Assembly: GCA_944386785.1 (NCBI GenBank)
Contig: CALXCM010000003.1
Span: 936-64,935 of the forward strand
Reading direction: 5' to 3'
Source of the DNA: an uncultured Clostridia bacterium
GTDB lineage: Bacteria; Bacillota; Clostridia; TANB77; CAG-508
DNA length: 64,000 nt
The notes beneath the pieces were generated by a model that saw only the letters and a list, made by a program, of their open reading frames with translations, searched no databases and had not been told where the DNA came from. Below are positions 10,768 through 21,196 of the stretch, piece after piece. A program made the translations under genes and the position numbers. Position 1 is the stretch's first letter. Each line of letters begins with the position of its first letter.

Positions 10768-12525
10768 TTACTCATTTATTAATACTGCTTTTATCCTTCT
10801 TACACCTGATGAACTAGACTCTTCTTTTTTAATTTTGAATCTTCCAAGTTCACTTGTATTTTTTACATGAGGTCCACCACATAATTCTTTTGAAACATCA
10901 CCTATTGTATATACTGTTACTATATCTGGATATTTTTCAATAAACATACATTCTGCACCAGATTTTATTGCATCTTCTTTTTTCATTTCTTCTTTTGTTA
11001 CAGGCAAAGCCTCTTTTATCCACTTATTTACTAAGTCTTCAATTTCTTGTTTTTCTTCTGGTGTTAGTTTATGATCACAGTTAAAGTCAAATCTCATTCT
11101 ATCTACTGTTATGTTTGACCCTCTTTGATGTGCATCTTTTCCAATTACTTTTTTTATTGCTGCATTTAAAAGATGTGTTGCTGTATGATATGCTATTGTT
11201 TCTTTAGTTGTTTCTGCAAGACCACCTTTAAATTTTTGTTCTGAACCTGCTCTTGATTTTTCTTGATGTTCTTTAAATAGTTTGTTAAATTCTTCTAAAT
11301 CAATTTCGTATCCATTTTCTGTAGCAAGCTCTTTTGTTACTTCTGGTGGAAAACCATAAGTATCATATAGTTTAAATACAGCTTTTCCTGGAATAATATT
11401 TATATTTTGCTCTTTTAATCTTTTTATTTCTTTTTGAAATTCTCTTTCTCCATTTGCTAATGTTTTTTGAAACTTATCTTTTTCTTCCATTATTACTGTT
11501 TTGATTGTCTCTTTATTTTTTATTAGTTCTGGATACATTTCTCCCAAATTTTCGACATTTATATCTATTAAAGTTAATAGTTCATTTAAGTCTATTTGAA
11601 GTTTATTCATATGTCTAATTAGTCTTCTAATTAATCTTCTTAAAACATATCCTCTATCTAAATTGCTTGGTCTTCCACCATCTGCAATAATCATCATACT
11701 AGAACGCAAATGTTCTGCAATTATTCTTCTACTTTCAATTAAATCTACTTTTTGTAATTCTTTTAATTTATCCATAACAGGACTAAATAACTCTGTATCA
11801 AATGGTGTTTCTTTTCCTTGAAGTAACATTGTCATTCTTTCTAATCCAAGTCCTGTATCAACATTTTTTTGTTCTAATTTTCTATATCCATTTTTATCTT
11901 TGAAATATTCCATAAATACGTTGTTCCAAATTTCAACATATTTACCACAATCACATGAAGGCTGACAATCAGGTCCACATGCTGGCTTTCCTGTATCATA
12001 GAACATTTCTGTATCTGGTCCACAAGGTCCTTCTTCTCCTGCTATCCACCAGTTATCATCTTTACCATAGTAATATATATGATCTTCTGGAATTCCTGCT
12101 TTTTTCCAAGCATTTGCTGCTACTTCATCTCTTGGACAGTCGTCATCTCCTGCAAAACATGTAACTGATAATTTTTCTACTGGTATTCCTAATTCTTTAG
12201 TTAAGAACTCAAAACTCATTGCAATTGATTCGTCTTTAAAGTAGTCTCCTAGTGACCAGTTTCCAAGCATTTCAAAAAATGTTAAATGACGGTTATCTCC
12301 TACTTCATCAATATCATTTGTTCTTACACATTTTTGATAATCTGTAAGTCTTGTTCCTTCTGGATGCTTTTCACCTAACAAATATGGTACTAATGGTTGC
12401 ATTCCAGCTGTTGTAAATAGCACTGATGGGTCATTTTCTGGAATTAATGGTGCTGATGGGATAACACTATGTCCATGTCTTTTAAAAAATTCTAAATATT
12501 TATTTCTGATTTCTATTGCTTTCAT
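10768..12525 (-). CDS. alaS: Alanine--tRNA ligase, short form lacking the C-Ala domain
   Basis: Contains FTTAGMQP, WNNVFMEY and DTGLGLERM (catalytic), SNLDRGYVLRRLIRR (tRNA recognition) and HTATHLL...CGGPHV (editing). The protein ends right after the editing domain. The start is probably the ATG at 12525, after an AGGAGAG RBS. Confidence 0.8.
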   Translation of the reverse strand: MKAIEIRNKYLEFFKRHGHSVIPSAPLIPENDPSVLFTTAGMQPLVPYLLGEKHPEGTRLTDYQKCVRTNDIDEVGDNRHLTFFEMLGNWSLGDYFKDESIAMSFEFLTKELGIPVEKLSVTCFAGDDDCPRDEVAANAWKKAGIPEDHIYYYGKDDNWWIAGEEGPCGPDTEMFYDTGKPACGPDCQPSCDCGKYVEIWNNVFMEYFKDKNGYRKLEQKNVDTGLGLERMTMLLQGKETPFDTELFSPVMDKLKELQKVDLIESRRIIAEHLRSSMMIIADGGRPSNLDRGYVLRRLIRRLIRHMNKLQIDLNELLTLIDINVENLGEMYPELIKNKETIKTVIMEEKDKFQKTLANGEREFQKEIKRLKEQNINIIPGKAVFKLYDTYGFPPEVTKELATENGYEIDLEEFNKLFKEHQEKSRAGSEQKFKGGLAETTKETIAYHTATHLLNAAIKKVIGKDAHQRGSNITVDRMRFDFNCDHKLTPEEKQEIEDLVNKWIKEALPVTKEEMKKEDAIKSGAECMFIEKYPDIVTVYTIGDVSKELCGGPHVKNTSELGRFKIKKEESSSSGVRRIKAVLINE

Positions 12526-12647
12526 ATTTTCTCTCCTATCTATCAATATATCTCTTTTTGACATATATTAGTATACTCTAAATATGGCAAAAAATCAAGG
12601 AATTTTTGTAAGTTGTTATTCCTTGATTTTAATTTATTATCTTAATT

Positions 12648-13598
12648 TCATTTTTTGTCAATATTTCTTAATTTTTCAATTTCTTCTTCTTTTAGTCCTG
12701 TAATTTCTTTAATTGATTTTGTATCATAATTCAATTTTAATAATTTCTTTGCAATCTTTGTAATTCCTTCTTTAATTCCATTTTTTAATCCTGTGGCTTG
12801 TCCTTCTTTTAAACCTAATTTTCGTCCATTACTAAAGTCTAACATTCTTTCTTTTTCTGCTTCTTTTCTCATCATCTCTACTACTGCTAGCATATTCTCT
12901 CCCTCCTTCATATTTTTTAGTATTTCTTCTGTTTTCTCTTCTCCTAGCTTTTCTCTATATACCATTTGTATTATATTTTTTATTATCCCTTTATTTTCAT
13001 TTTCTACATATGGTATTATTTCTTCTAAGTTCTTTCCTAGCTCTTCTTTATTTTTTGACCTTTCTATTAACAGCATTTGTAATATTATATTCTTACTTTT
13101 TATTAACTCTTCTTTTGTTTTTTCTCTTCCATCATACAAGTAATATTTTCCTAAGTCCTGTTCTATGTCTTTATATTTTTCTTCTTTTTCTTTTATGTCT
13201 TTTATTGCTTTCCATTTTGCTTTTCCACTATATATTACTATTGCTATTATTTTTGGTATTTTATATTTATTCTTACTTTTATTTTTCTTTATTACATCTC
13301 TTATTATTTCTACTTTATATTCTAATATCCTAAATGCCATCTTTTTATCTTCTTTAGTTTGATGCTCTATTAGAAAATATATTTCTTTTCCTTTTACTTT
13401 ATATATTTTATCTGCTTGCCTTCCTTCAAATATTTTTGTTATATATTCTGTCTTATATTCTTCTATTTCTTCTTTTTTTATTTTTTCTTTTCCTTTTAAT
13501 CTTAATATTTCATTTATTATTTCTACTAATTCTTTTCTATTTTCTAATGCTATTTTAAATATTTTATCATGTTCTTTATTAGGGGTTTTATTTTGCAA
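12648..13598 (-). CDS. Rpn/YhgA-like PD-(D/E)XK recombination-promoting nuclease (putative transposase), copy 1
   Basis: 316 aa. It is paralogous to 21197..22105 and 59468..60310. It has a conserved D...E.Q.K core (FLIEHQTK) and a C-terminal KxGxxEG repeat plus an ITGL..EEIEKL tail. Confidence 0.7.
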   Translation of the reverse strand: MQNKTPNKEHDKIFKIALENRKELVEIINEILRLKGKEKIKKEEIEEYKTEYITKIFEGRQADKIYKVKGKEIYFLIEHQTKEDKKMAFRILEYKVEIIRDVIKKNKSKNKYKIPKIIAIVIYSGKAKWKAIKDIKEKEEKYKDIEQDLGKYYLYDGREKTKEELIKSKNIILQMLLIERSKNKEELGKNLEEIIPYVENENKGIIKNIIQMVYREKLGEEKTEEILKNMKEGENMLAVVEMMRKEAEKERMLDFSNGRKLGLKEGQATGLKNGIKEGITKIAKKLLKLNYDTKSIKEITGLKEEEIEKLRNIDKK

Positions 13599-13876
13599 TA
13601 TCTTATCATCTCCTGGTATTATATTTTATTTTTAGCTTTAAGTCAAGTTTTATTCTTTAGTAAATACGCCCCTATGTTTTTATTTTTTTCTTATTTTCTC
13701 CGTTTTTCTCCTTCTTTTAATTTTTTTATTTGATTTTTCTTAAGATAACTTTAGAATTAAATTTTTTGATCTTTTCCGTAAAAAACTTAAAGTCTCTGAT
13801 TTTAAATTTTTTAATAACAAATAATTTTACTTAAATATTTTCATTTAATTTAGATATCTATTTTAAATGTATATTT

Positions 13877-13905
13877 ATATTACTTCCATTTTTTACCTTT
13901 GTCAA
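13877..13905 (-). promoter_or_regulatory. Sigma-A-type promoter about 280 nt upstream of Rpn copy 1
   Basis: On the minus strand: TTGACA, 17 nt, TAATAT. The motif ctttgtcaatagttttt recurs upstream of Rpn copy 2. Confidence 0.45.
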
Positions 13906-13935
13906 TAGTTTTTATTAAATTTCTTTAAAATTTTT

Positions 13936-13995
13936 GAGACAAATGGGGACAGTCTTGAGACAAAAATGCTCCGTCCCCAAAATTCTCAAAATTCT
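13936..13995. repeat. GGGGAC-family intergenic repeat, M2-type, tandem
   Basis: gagacaaatggggacagtcttgagacaaaaatgctccgtccccaaaattctca. The core tgagacaaaaatgctccgtcccc is the exact reverse complement of 19232-19254. Confidence 0.8.
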
Positions 13996-13998
13996 CAT

Positions 13999-15253
13999 TT
14001 AAAATATTCTTAAAATGTCGTTGTAGCAAACATAAATTGATAATGCTATTATTAGTGAAAATCCAAGTAGTTGAATTTTTATTTCTGTTTCTTGTTTTAA
14101 AGGTTTCCTTCTTATTGCTTCTATAATTAGAATTAATAATTTTCCTCCATCTAATGCCGGAATTGGCAAAAGGTTTGTTACTCCAAGTGATAATGAAATT
14201 AATGCCATAAGTTCTAAAAATTCTCTTACTCCATCTGTTTTGGCTACCGCTTCTGAAATTCCAACAGGTCCCATCATTTGGTCTAGACCTACTTGACCAG
14301 TAAATAACTGTTTTAAGCTATCTACAATTGAAAATAGAAATTCTTTTGTTTGCATTCCTCCATTTATGCATCTATTTATAAAGGAATCTTTAGCATATTT
14401 CATATTTACTCCCAAATGATAAGATGATACTGTATCTGGAACTAAATTTATTGTAACTTCTGCCATACCTCTTTTTAAAGTTAACTCTATTTCGTCTTTA
14501 TATTTGCTTTTAGATATTATTTCTACTGCTTTAGAAGTATTACCATTTATTTCTTCTCCATTTATTTTTATTATCTCATCATTTGTTTGAACCCCTTGCC
14601 TTTGGGCTGAACTTCCTTTTTCTATTGTTTCAATTTTCGCCTTATCATTTAAGTATATTCCTGTTGATTTTGCTTTTACTTCTGTTGGCTTAATATTTAA
14701 GTCTAAAATTTCTCCATTTCTATCTATTTTAACTTTTAATTCTTCCCCATTTGCATTTTCTAGCACTTCATCTAAATCATATTTACTTTTTATATCTTTA
14801 TCATTTATTTTTACAATCTTGTCTCCTTCTTGTACTCCTGCATCTTTTGCTGCATATCCATCTACCAAACTTTCTACTTCGTTTGATAAAAATGTTCCAG
14901 AACTTGCAATTAAAGAAAAATATAGGATAAGTGCAAATACTATATTTACTAATGCTCCTGCAATAACTATTGCAATTCTTTTTGGAATACTTGCTTTAGA
15001 AAAAGAACGATTATCATCAGATTTTTCGTCCTCTCCTTCCATACTAACAAAACCACCGAAGTGGTATTAGTCTTATTGAATATTTAGTTTCTTTTCCTTG
15101 TTTTTTCCAGATTACAGGGCCAAATCCTATTGCAAATTCATTTACTTTTACTTTACAAAGTTTTGCAACTAAAAAATGGCCTGCCTCATGTATTAAAATT
15201 AAAAATCCTAATAAAATTATGATTTTTACAATTGCTATTAAAAAAGAAATCAT
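13999..15253 (-). CDS. rseP: RIP site-2 metalloprotease RseP/RasP (needs +1 recoding at CGG 15056-15058)
   Basis: ORFs 15044..15268 and 13999..15042 join. It has the HEAGH zinc motif. The junction reads RLIPL|GGFVSMEGE (canonical PLGGY). A PDZ region and the NLLPIPALDGG motif are present. Confidence 0.9.
15055..15058 (-). other. rseP: In-frame CGG +1 recoding site (CTT CGG T)
   Basis: The +1 frame gives GGFVSMEGE. Confidence 0.8.
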
Positions 15254-15280
15254 CTTATCTCCTCTCAAGAGTTTAAGTAA

Positions 15281-15336
15281 AACGACAAAATTTTTGCAAA
15301 ATGAGAGAAAAGAGAACTGTCCCCTTTTTTCTCAAA
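15281..15336 (-). repeat. GGGGAC-family intergenic repeat, type M1
   Basis: The reverse complement reads ggggacagttctcttttctctcattttgcaaaaattttgtcg. It matches 19178-19215 and the reverse complement of 47976-48013. Confidence 0.8.
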
Positions 15337-16135
15337 TTAGTGTGAATAGTGCGTATGCAAATGGTGCTAAGAATATTAGACTATCTATTCTGTCTAACAT
15401 TCCACCATGTCCTGGTATTAAATTACTATAGTCTTTTATATCTACAAATCTTTTTATACTAGATGCTGCAAAGTCTCCTATTTGACCTATTAAGCTTAGT
15501 ATTAATCCTATTCCAGCAAAATATAAATATGAGTAATTCATTCCAAAGAATGTATTTACTATATATGTATAACCTAAAAATAGAAGTACAGCTCCTATTG
15601 CTCCTGCAATGCATCCTTCTACTGATTTTTTAGGGCTTACTTTACTAAATTTATGTTTTCCTATAAGTAATCCTATGAAAAATGCAAATATATCTGTTCC
15701 CCATGCTGCAATTATTGCATACCAGATTAAAATATTTCCATTTGGCATTCCATTTATAAATGCAACAAACATTATGAAAAATACTACATAAAATATTCCT
15801 ATAAAAGTATATGCTAAATCTTTAAAACTTGTTTTCATATCTGTTGCAATTACTTGTGCAAATAATATTAGTAATATTGTTGGCACAGAAAGTGTTACAA
15901 CCATATTCAAATATTCTTCTGGTATTACATGTATTAATGATATTGCAAAACAGCTTAAGTATGAAACCCATCTTACTGGTTTTGCAACTTTTGACACTGC
16001 ATTTAAGTATTCATTCATTGCAAGCAATGCTATTATTGTAAGTGCTATATCTACAAATACTTTATTACCTATTAAAAAAATTATTAATACTAACGGAAAT
16101 CCTAATAATCCAGATGTAATTCTTTTTATATCCAT
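15332..16135 (-). CDS. cdsA: Phosphatidate cytidylyltransferase
   Basis: Polytopic membrane protein with the C-terminal signature KRFVDIKDYSNLIPGHGGMLDRIDS. The ATG at 16135 follows an AGGAGAGG RBS. Confidence 0.85.
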   Translation of the reverse strand: MDIKRITSGLLGFPLVLIIFLIGNKVFVDIALTIIALLAMNEYLNAVSKVAKPVRWVSYLSCFAISLIHVIPEEYLNMVVTLSVPTILLILFAQVIATDMKTSFKDLAYTFIGIFYVVFFIMFVAFINGMPNGNILIWYAIIAAWGTDIFAFFIGLLIGKHKFSKVSPKKSVEGCIAGAIGAVLLFLGYTYIVNTFFGMNYSYLYFAGIGLILSLIGQIGDFAASSIKRFVDIKDYSNLIPGHGGMLDRIDSLIFLAPFAYALFTLI

Positions 16136-16151
16136 TTTTCCTCTCCTATTT

Positions 16152-16865
16152 TTAATTTGCTCCAAATTTTCTTGTTCTTTTTTGATATTCTATAATTGCA
16201 TTATCTAAATCTTCTTCTTTAAAGTCTGGCCAGTTTTTATCTATAAATAATAATTCTGAGTAAACTGATTGCCAAGGTAAGAAATTACTTAGTCTTAATT
16301 CTCCACTTGTTCTAATTACTAAGTCTGGATCTGGCTCATCTTTTGTATAAAGATTTTCTGATATCATTTCTTCTGTTATATCTTCAGGTTCTATTTTGTT
16401 TTCTTTTACTTTTCCTGCAATTTGTTTTACTGCTTTTAATATCTCATCTCTTCCGCCATAATTTAATGCAATATTAAATGTAACTCCAGTATTATCTTTT
16501 GTTCTTTCTGTACATTTTTTTATACTTTTTTGCATTCCTTCTGATAATGCTGAGATATCTCCTAAAATTTTTACTTTTATATTTTCTGTATCTGCTCTTT
16601 TGCTATAGTCATCTAAATAAGTTTGAAGTAACATCATAAGTGCTTTTACTTCTTCTTCTGCCCTTTTCCAATTTTCTGTAGAAAAGGCATAAACTGTTAT
16701 ATATTTTAATCCTATTTTATTTGCATATCTTACTATGTTTTCTAATGTTTTTGCTCCTTCTTTATGTCCATAACTTGCTGATTTACCTTGTTTTTTTGCC
16801 CATCTTCTATTTCCATCCATAATAATTGCAATATGAGCTGGCATATTTTCTTTATTAAATTCCAT
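16152..16865 (-). CDS. uppS: Undecaprenyl diphosphate synthase (isoprenyl transferase)
   Basis: Contains HIAIIMDGNRRWA, FSTENWKR and RTSGELRLSNFLPWQ. Confidence 0.9.
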   Translation of the reverse strand: MEFNKENMPAHIAIIMDGNRRWAKKQGKSASYGHKEGAKTLENIVRYANKIGLKYITVYAFSTENWKRAEEEVKALMMLLQTYLDDYSKRADTENIKVKILGDISALSEGMQKSIKKCTERTKDNTGVTFNIALNYGGRDEILKAVKQIAGKVKENKIEPEDITEEMISENLYTKDEPDPDLVIRTSGELRLSNFLPWQSVYSELLFIDKNWPDFKEEDLDNAIIEYQKRTRKFGAN

Positions 16866-16878
16866 CTTTGCTCCTCTT

Positions 16879-17775
16879 TTATTTATTCCTATTTTTTATG
16901 TATAAAGCAAGCTCTTTTAAGAATTCTGCTTTTTTACCATAATCTTTTAATTCTTCTATTGCTTCATTTGTTATTTTTTCTAAGATTTCTTCTGCACCTT
17001 TTAGACCATATTTAGAAACAAAAGTACATTTTTTCATTTTTTTGTCTTTTCCAACAGGTTTTCCTAAAACTTTTTCATCTCCTATTTCTCCTAAAATATC
17101 ATCTTTTATTTGAAATGCAAGACCAATTTTTTCTGCATATCTTGTAAGTTTTTCTATATCTTCTTTGCTTGCTCTAGCTAAAATTGCTCCCATTCTTACT
17201 GGAAGTTTTATAAGTTCCCCTGTCTTATTTTTATGAATATATTCTAGGTATTTATTACTTATTTCTTTACCTTCATATTCTGTATCTACATATTCTCCTG
17301 CAATCATCCTATCAACAGCTACAGAAAATTCATTAAATACTTTTAATTTATTTTTTAAATCTTCTTCGTTTTCTAAGTTAGTATTTTTAATGTCATTACT
17401 AATTACAATATATGCACCATTTAACAAGCCATCTCCTGCAAGTATTGCTGTTGCTTCGTTATATTTTTTATGGTTTGTTGGTTTTCCATGTCTTATATCA
17501 TCATTATCTATTCCTGGCAAGTCATCATGTATCAAAGAAAAATTATGTACCATTTCTAAAGCTATTCCATATGGCATACATTTTTCTATATCTTCTTTAA
17601 ATATTTTATATGTGCTAAGTACTAATATTGGTCTTAATCTTTTTCCTCCTGCCATTAAAGAATATTCCATTGCTTCATTTAATATTTTTTCAGGTAATTC
17701 TTCTTTTCTTAATATTTTTTCTAGTTCACAATTTACTATTTTCTGATATTTTTTTAATTCTTCTTTAAAGTCCAT
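16879..17775 (-). CDS. Polyprenyl (farnesyl/geranylgeranyl) diphosphate synthase
   Basis: Contains the FARM motif LIHDDLPGIDNDDIRHG and the SARM motif FQIKDDILG. The ATG at 17775 follows GGAGG. Confidence 0.8.
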   Translation of the reverse strand: MDFKEELKKYQKIVNCELEKILRKEELPEKILNEAMEYSLMAGGKRLRPILVLSTYKIFKEDIEKCMPYGIALEMVHNFSLIHDDLPGIDNDDIRHGKPTNHKKYNEATAILAGDGLLNGAYIVISNDIKNTNLENEEDLKNKLKVFNEFSVAVDRMIAGEYVDTEYEGKEISNKYLEYIHKNKTGELIKLPVRMGAILARASKEDIEKLTRYAEKIGLAFQIKDDILGEIGDEKVLGKPVGKDKKMKKCTFVSKYGLKGAEEILEKITNEAIEELKDYGKKAEFLKELALYIKNRNK

Positions 17776-17796
17776 TGTTTCCTCCAAATATGATGT

Positions 17797-18345
17797 TTAT
17801 ATTGACATTACTTCTTTTTCTTTTACTTCTAAGATTTTATCTATTTCTTCTATGTTTTTATCTGTCATTTTTTGAATTTCATCTTCTGCTTGTTTTAACT
17901 CGTCTTCTGTCATTGTTCCTTCTTTTTGCTCAGCTTTTGCAATATCCATACCTTCTCTTCTGATACTTCTTATTGCAACTTTTGCTTCTTCTGCCATTTT
18001 TCTAATATCTTTTACTATTTCTTTTCTTCTTTCTTCATTTAATTCAGGGAAAGCTAGTCTTATTACTTTTCCATCATTATTTGGGTTAATTCCAATGTCT
18101 GATGCTAAAATTGCTTTTTCTATTTCTTTTAATACACTTAAGTCCCATGGTTGAATAACTATTAATCTTGCTTCTGGAACTGATATTCCTGCTACTTGAT
18201 TAATTGGTGTTGGTGTTCCATAATAGTCTATTTTTACTTTGTTTAATACAGCAGGGTTTGCTCTTCCTGCTCTTACTTCTGATAATTTTTCTTGATATAC
18301 ACTAATTGATTTTTCCATTTTTTCTTTTAAATTTAAATAATCCAT
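17797..18345 (-). CDS. frr: Ribosome recycling factor
   Basis: 182 aa. Contains VRAGRANPAVL and IRSIRREG. Confidence 0.9.
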   Translation of the reverse strand: MDYLNLKEKMEKSISVYQEKLSEVRAGRANPAVLNKVKIDYYGTPTPINQVAGISVPEARLIVIQPWDLSVLKEIEKAILASDIGINPNNDGKVIRLAFPELNEERRKEIVKDIRKMAEEAKVAIRSIRREGMDIAKAEQKEGTMTEDELKQAEDEIQKMTDKNIEEIDKILEVKEKEVMSI

Positions 18346-18366
18346 AATTTATACTTCCTTTCTATC

Positions 18367-19083
18367 TTAAGAAACTATTGTTCCTATTTTTTCGCCTCTA
18401 ACGGCTCTTACTATATTTTCTGGGTCTCCTATACCAAATACTAATAATGGCATATGATTATCTCTACATAGTGCTGTTGCTGTTGAATCCATTACTTTTA
18501 AATCTTCTTCTAAAACTTGCATATATGATATTTTATCATATTTTTTAGCAGTTGGATCTAGTTTTGGATCTGCTGAATATACAGCATCTATTGATTTTCC
18601 AAGTAATATTATATCAGCATTTATTTCTGTTGCACGAAGTACTGCTGCTGTATCTGTTGTAAAATATGGATGTCCTGTACCACATGCAAATATTACTACT
18701 CTTCCTCTATTTAAATGTTTTTCTGCTTTTCTTTGAATAAAAGGTTCTGCAATTTCCCTCATTTCAATTGCTGTTTGAACTCTTGTAAATACTCCTCTTG
18801 TTTCTAATGCATCTTGCAAAGCTAATCCATTCATTGCAGTAGCTAGCATTCCCATATAGTCTGCTGTTGTTCTTTCCATTTGATGTCCATTTCTTCCTCT
18901 CCAGAAGTTTCCTCCTCCTACTACTATTGCAACTTGTACTCCCATGTCTACTACTTCTTTAATCTTATCACATATTTTTCCTACTGTTTCTACATCGACT
19001 CCTGTCTTTTTTTCTCCTGCTAGTACTTCTCCACTTAGTTTTAAAAGTACCCTTTTGTATTTTACTTCTGCCACTATATTCAC
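18367..19083 (-). CDS. pyrH: UMP kinase
   Basis: Contains [20 protein letters not shown] and [13 protein letters not shown]. The start is GTG and its exact position is uncertain. Confidence 0.9.
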   Translation of the reverse strand: MNIVAEVKYKRVLLKLSGEVLAGEKKTGVDVETVGKICDKIKEVVDMGVQVAIVVGGGNFWRGRNGHQMERTTADYMGMLATAMNGLALQDALETRGVFTRVQTAIEMREIAEPFIQRKAEKHLNRGRVVIFACGTGHPYFTTDTAAVLRATEINADIILLGKSIDAVYSADPKLDPTAKKYDKISYMQVLEEDLKVMDSTATALCRDNHMPLLVFGIGDPENIVRAVRGEKIGTIVS

Positions 19084-19168
19084 TCTCCTTATTTTTTCAT
19101 CACGCCCATTTTATCATATATTATAAAAAAAAACAGCATTTTTTTAATATTTTCTTAATTTTTATATT

Positions 19169-19294
19169 GAGAATTTGGGGGACAGTTCTCTTTTCTCTCA
19201 TTTTTGTCGAATTTTGTCTAATGAGACAATTGGGGACGGAGCATTTTTGTCTCAAAAAAAAAAAGACAGATTTGCTCCGTCTCTTTTTTTCTCA
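19169..19294. repeat. Composite GGGGAC-family repeat block (M1 + M2 + long hairpin)
   Basis: ggggacagttctcttttctctcatttttgtcgaatttt is followed by ggggacggagcatttttgtctca, then an A11 run, then gacagatttgctccgtctc. The segments gacggagca and tgctccgtc can pair. The block lies between tsf and pyrH. Confidence 0.8.
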
Positions 19295-19296
19295 TA

Positions 19297-20181
19297 TTAT
19301 AACCCTGCTTGTTTCATAACTTCTTCTGCAAAGTTTTCTTCTTTTTTCTCAATTCCTTCACCTTTTTCAAATCTTGCAAATTCTGCAACTTCTGCATTTT
19401 TTTCTTTTAATAATTGAGAAATTTTCATATCTGGATTTTTAACAAATGCTTGGTCTACTAAGCATACTTCTTCAAAGAATTTTCTAATTCTTCCTTGAAC
19501 TATTTTTTCTGCTATTGCTTCTGGTTTTCCTTCGTTCATTGTTTGTGCTTTTAAGATTTCTTTTTCTTTATTTAATCTATCTTCTGGAACAGAAGCTTCG
19601 TTTAAGTATTCAGGTCTTGCTGCTGCAATTTGCATACAAATATCTTTTGCAACTTCTTTGTCTCCTGATTTCATGTTTACTAAAACAGCTATTTTTCCAT
19701 CTCCATGAATATATTTTTCAACTAATCCTTCTGATTCGAATCTTGTAAATCTTCTAATATTCATGTTTTCTCCAATTGTTGCTATTTTATCTACTAATAC
19801 TTCATTTACTGTTTTTCCTGGTACTTCAATTGAGTCTTGAGCAAGTAATTCTTCAACTGTTGCTGGATTTTTTTCAACTACTTGTTTTGCTACATTTAAA
19901 ACAAAATTTTTGAATTCTTCATTTTTTGCAACGAAATCTGTTTCAGAGTTTACTTCTACTACTGCACCTACTTTTCCATCTTCTGATACATAAGCTTCAA
20001 CTAAACCTTCTGCTGCTACTCTTCCTGATTTTTTAGCTGCTTTTGCAATTCCTCTTTCTCTTAATAATTCAATTGCTTTTTCCATATCTCCATCAGTTTC
20101 TGTTAAAACTTTTTTGCAGTCCATCATTCCTGCACCTGTTTTTTCTCTTAATTCTTTTACTAAACTAGCTGTAATCATCAA
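19297..20181 (-). CDS. tsf: Elongation factor Ts
   Basis: Contains [18 protein letters not shown], and the ORF is 294 aa. Confidence 0.9.
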   Translation of the reverse strand: MMITASLVKELREKTGAGMMDCKKVLTETDGDMEKAIELLRERGIAKAAKKSGRVAAEGLVEAYVSEDGKVGAVVEVNSETDFVAKNEEFKNFVLNVAKQVVEKNPATVEELLAQDSIEVPGKTVNEVLVDKIATIGENMNIRRFTRFESEGLVEKYIHGDGKIAVLVNMKSGDKEVAKDICMQIAAARPEYLNEASVPEDRLNKEKEILKAQTMNEGKPEAIAEKIVQGRIRKFFEEVCLVDQAFVKNPDMKISQLLKEKNAEVAEFARFEKGEGIEKKEENFAEEVMKQAGL

Positions 20182-20256
20182 TTTTTCCTCCTTTTATCTT
20201 TTATTTAAATTATTTAAAATAAAAACATTCCTAGAATTAAGGAATGTTTTTGTTTA

Positions 20257-21036
20257 TTATTCTTCTACATTTTCTTCAGCGTTTTCTACAACTTCCTCAA
20301 TACTTGTAGCTTCTTCTTGTTTTGGTTCTTCTTCAGTTTCTGGTTCGAAACTTTCACCTTGTTTACCTTCAATAACTGCATTTGCCATTACATCTGCTAT
20401 TAATTTAACAGCACGAATTGCATCATCATTTCCTGGTATTGCATAATCTACTTCTTCTGGGTTGCAGTTTGTATCTACTAATCCTACTACTGGAATTCCT
20501 AATTTTTTAGCTTCTAATACTGCTATTCTTTCTTTTTTAGGATCTACTAAAAATATAACTCCTGGTAGTTCTTCCATTTCTTTAATACCACCTAAGTTTC
20601 TTTCTAGTTTTTCCATTTCTTTTTTAAGTAAGATTACTTCTTTTTTAGGTAACCTATCGAATGTTCCATCTTGTTCCATTTCTTCTAAGTCTTTTAATCT
20701 TTGAACTCTTTTACGAATTGTTCCAAAGTTTGTAAGCATTCCGCCTAACCATCTTTGGTCAACATAGAACATTCCGCATTTTAATGCTGCTTCTTTCATA
20801 CATTCTTGTGCTTGTTTTTTAGTTCCCACAAATAGAACTGTTTTTCCTTCTTCTGCTTGTTCTTTAACGAACGCATATGCTTCGTCTAATTTTTTTGATG
20901 TTTTTTGTAAATCGATGATGTGAATTCCATTTCTAGCTTGGAATATGTATTCAGCCATTTTAGGATCCCATCTTCTTGTTTGATGTCCAAAGTGAACACC
21001 TGCTTCTAGTAATTGTTTCATTGCAACTACTGCCAT
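20257..21036 (-). CDS. rpsB: 30S ribosomal protein S2
   Basis: Contains [15 protein letters not shown], with an acidic C-terminal tail. Confidence 0.9.
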   Translation of the reverse strand: MAVVAMKQLLEAGVHFGHQTRRWDPKMAEYIFQARNGIHIIDLQKTSKKLDEAYAFVKEQAEEGKTVLFVGTKKQAQECMKEAALKCGMFYVDQRWLGGMLTNFGTIRKRVQRLKDLEEMEQDGTFDRLPKKEVILLKKEMEKLERNLGGIKEMEELPGVIFLVDPKKERIAVLEAKKLGIPVVGLVDTNCNPEEVDYAIPGNDDAIRAVKLIADVMANAVIEGKQGESFEPETEEEPKQEEATSIEEVVENAEENVEE

Positions 21037-21151
21037 TTTTAATTCCTCCCTTTTTGTTATTCTTCCACCATAAGTTATTTAGCGTTTTTTTAGGACCATT
21101 TTATTGGCACTCCCCTCAAAAACTTACTTAGGTGTGATTAATACGCACATT

Positions 21152-21180
21152 ATTGTATCAGATTTTTTCTGAAAAATCAA
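21152..21180 (-). promoter_or_regulatory. Candidate sigma-A promoter of rpsB-tsf
   Basis: On the minus strand: TTGATT, 17 nt, TACAAT. It lies about 115 nt upstream of the rpsB ATG. Confidence 0.45.
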
Positions 21181-21196
21181 GCTTTTTGTTTACTTT

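Noticed and set aside
12648-13598. The Rpn/YhgA-like genes could be complete IS elements.
   Set aside because: I could not find terminal inverted repeats or target-site duplications flanking any of the three copies. They are reported only as nuclease paralogs with conserved upstream DNA.
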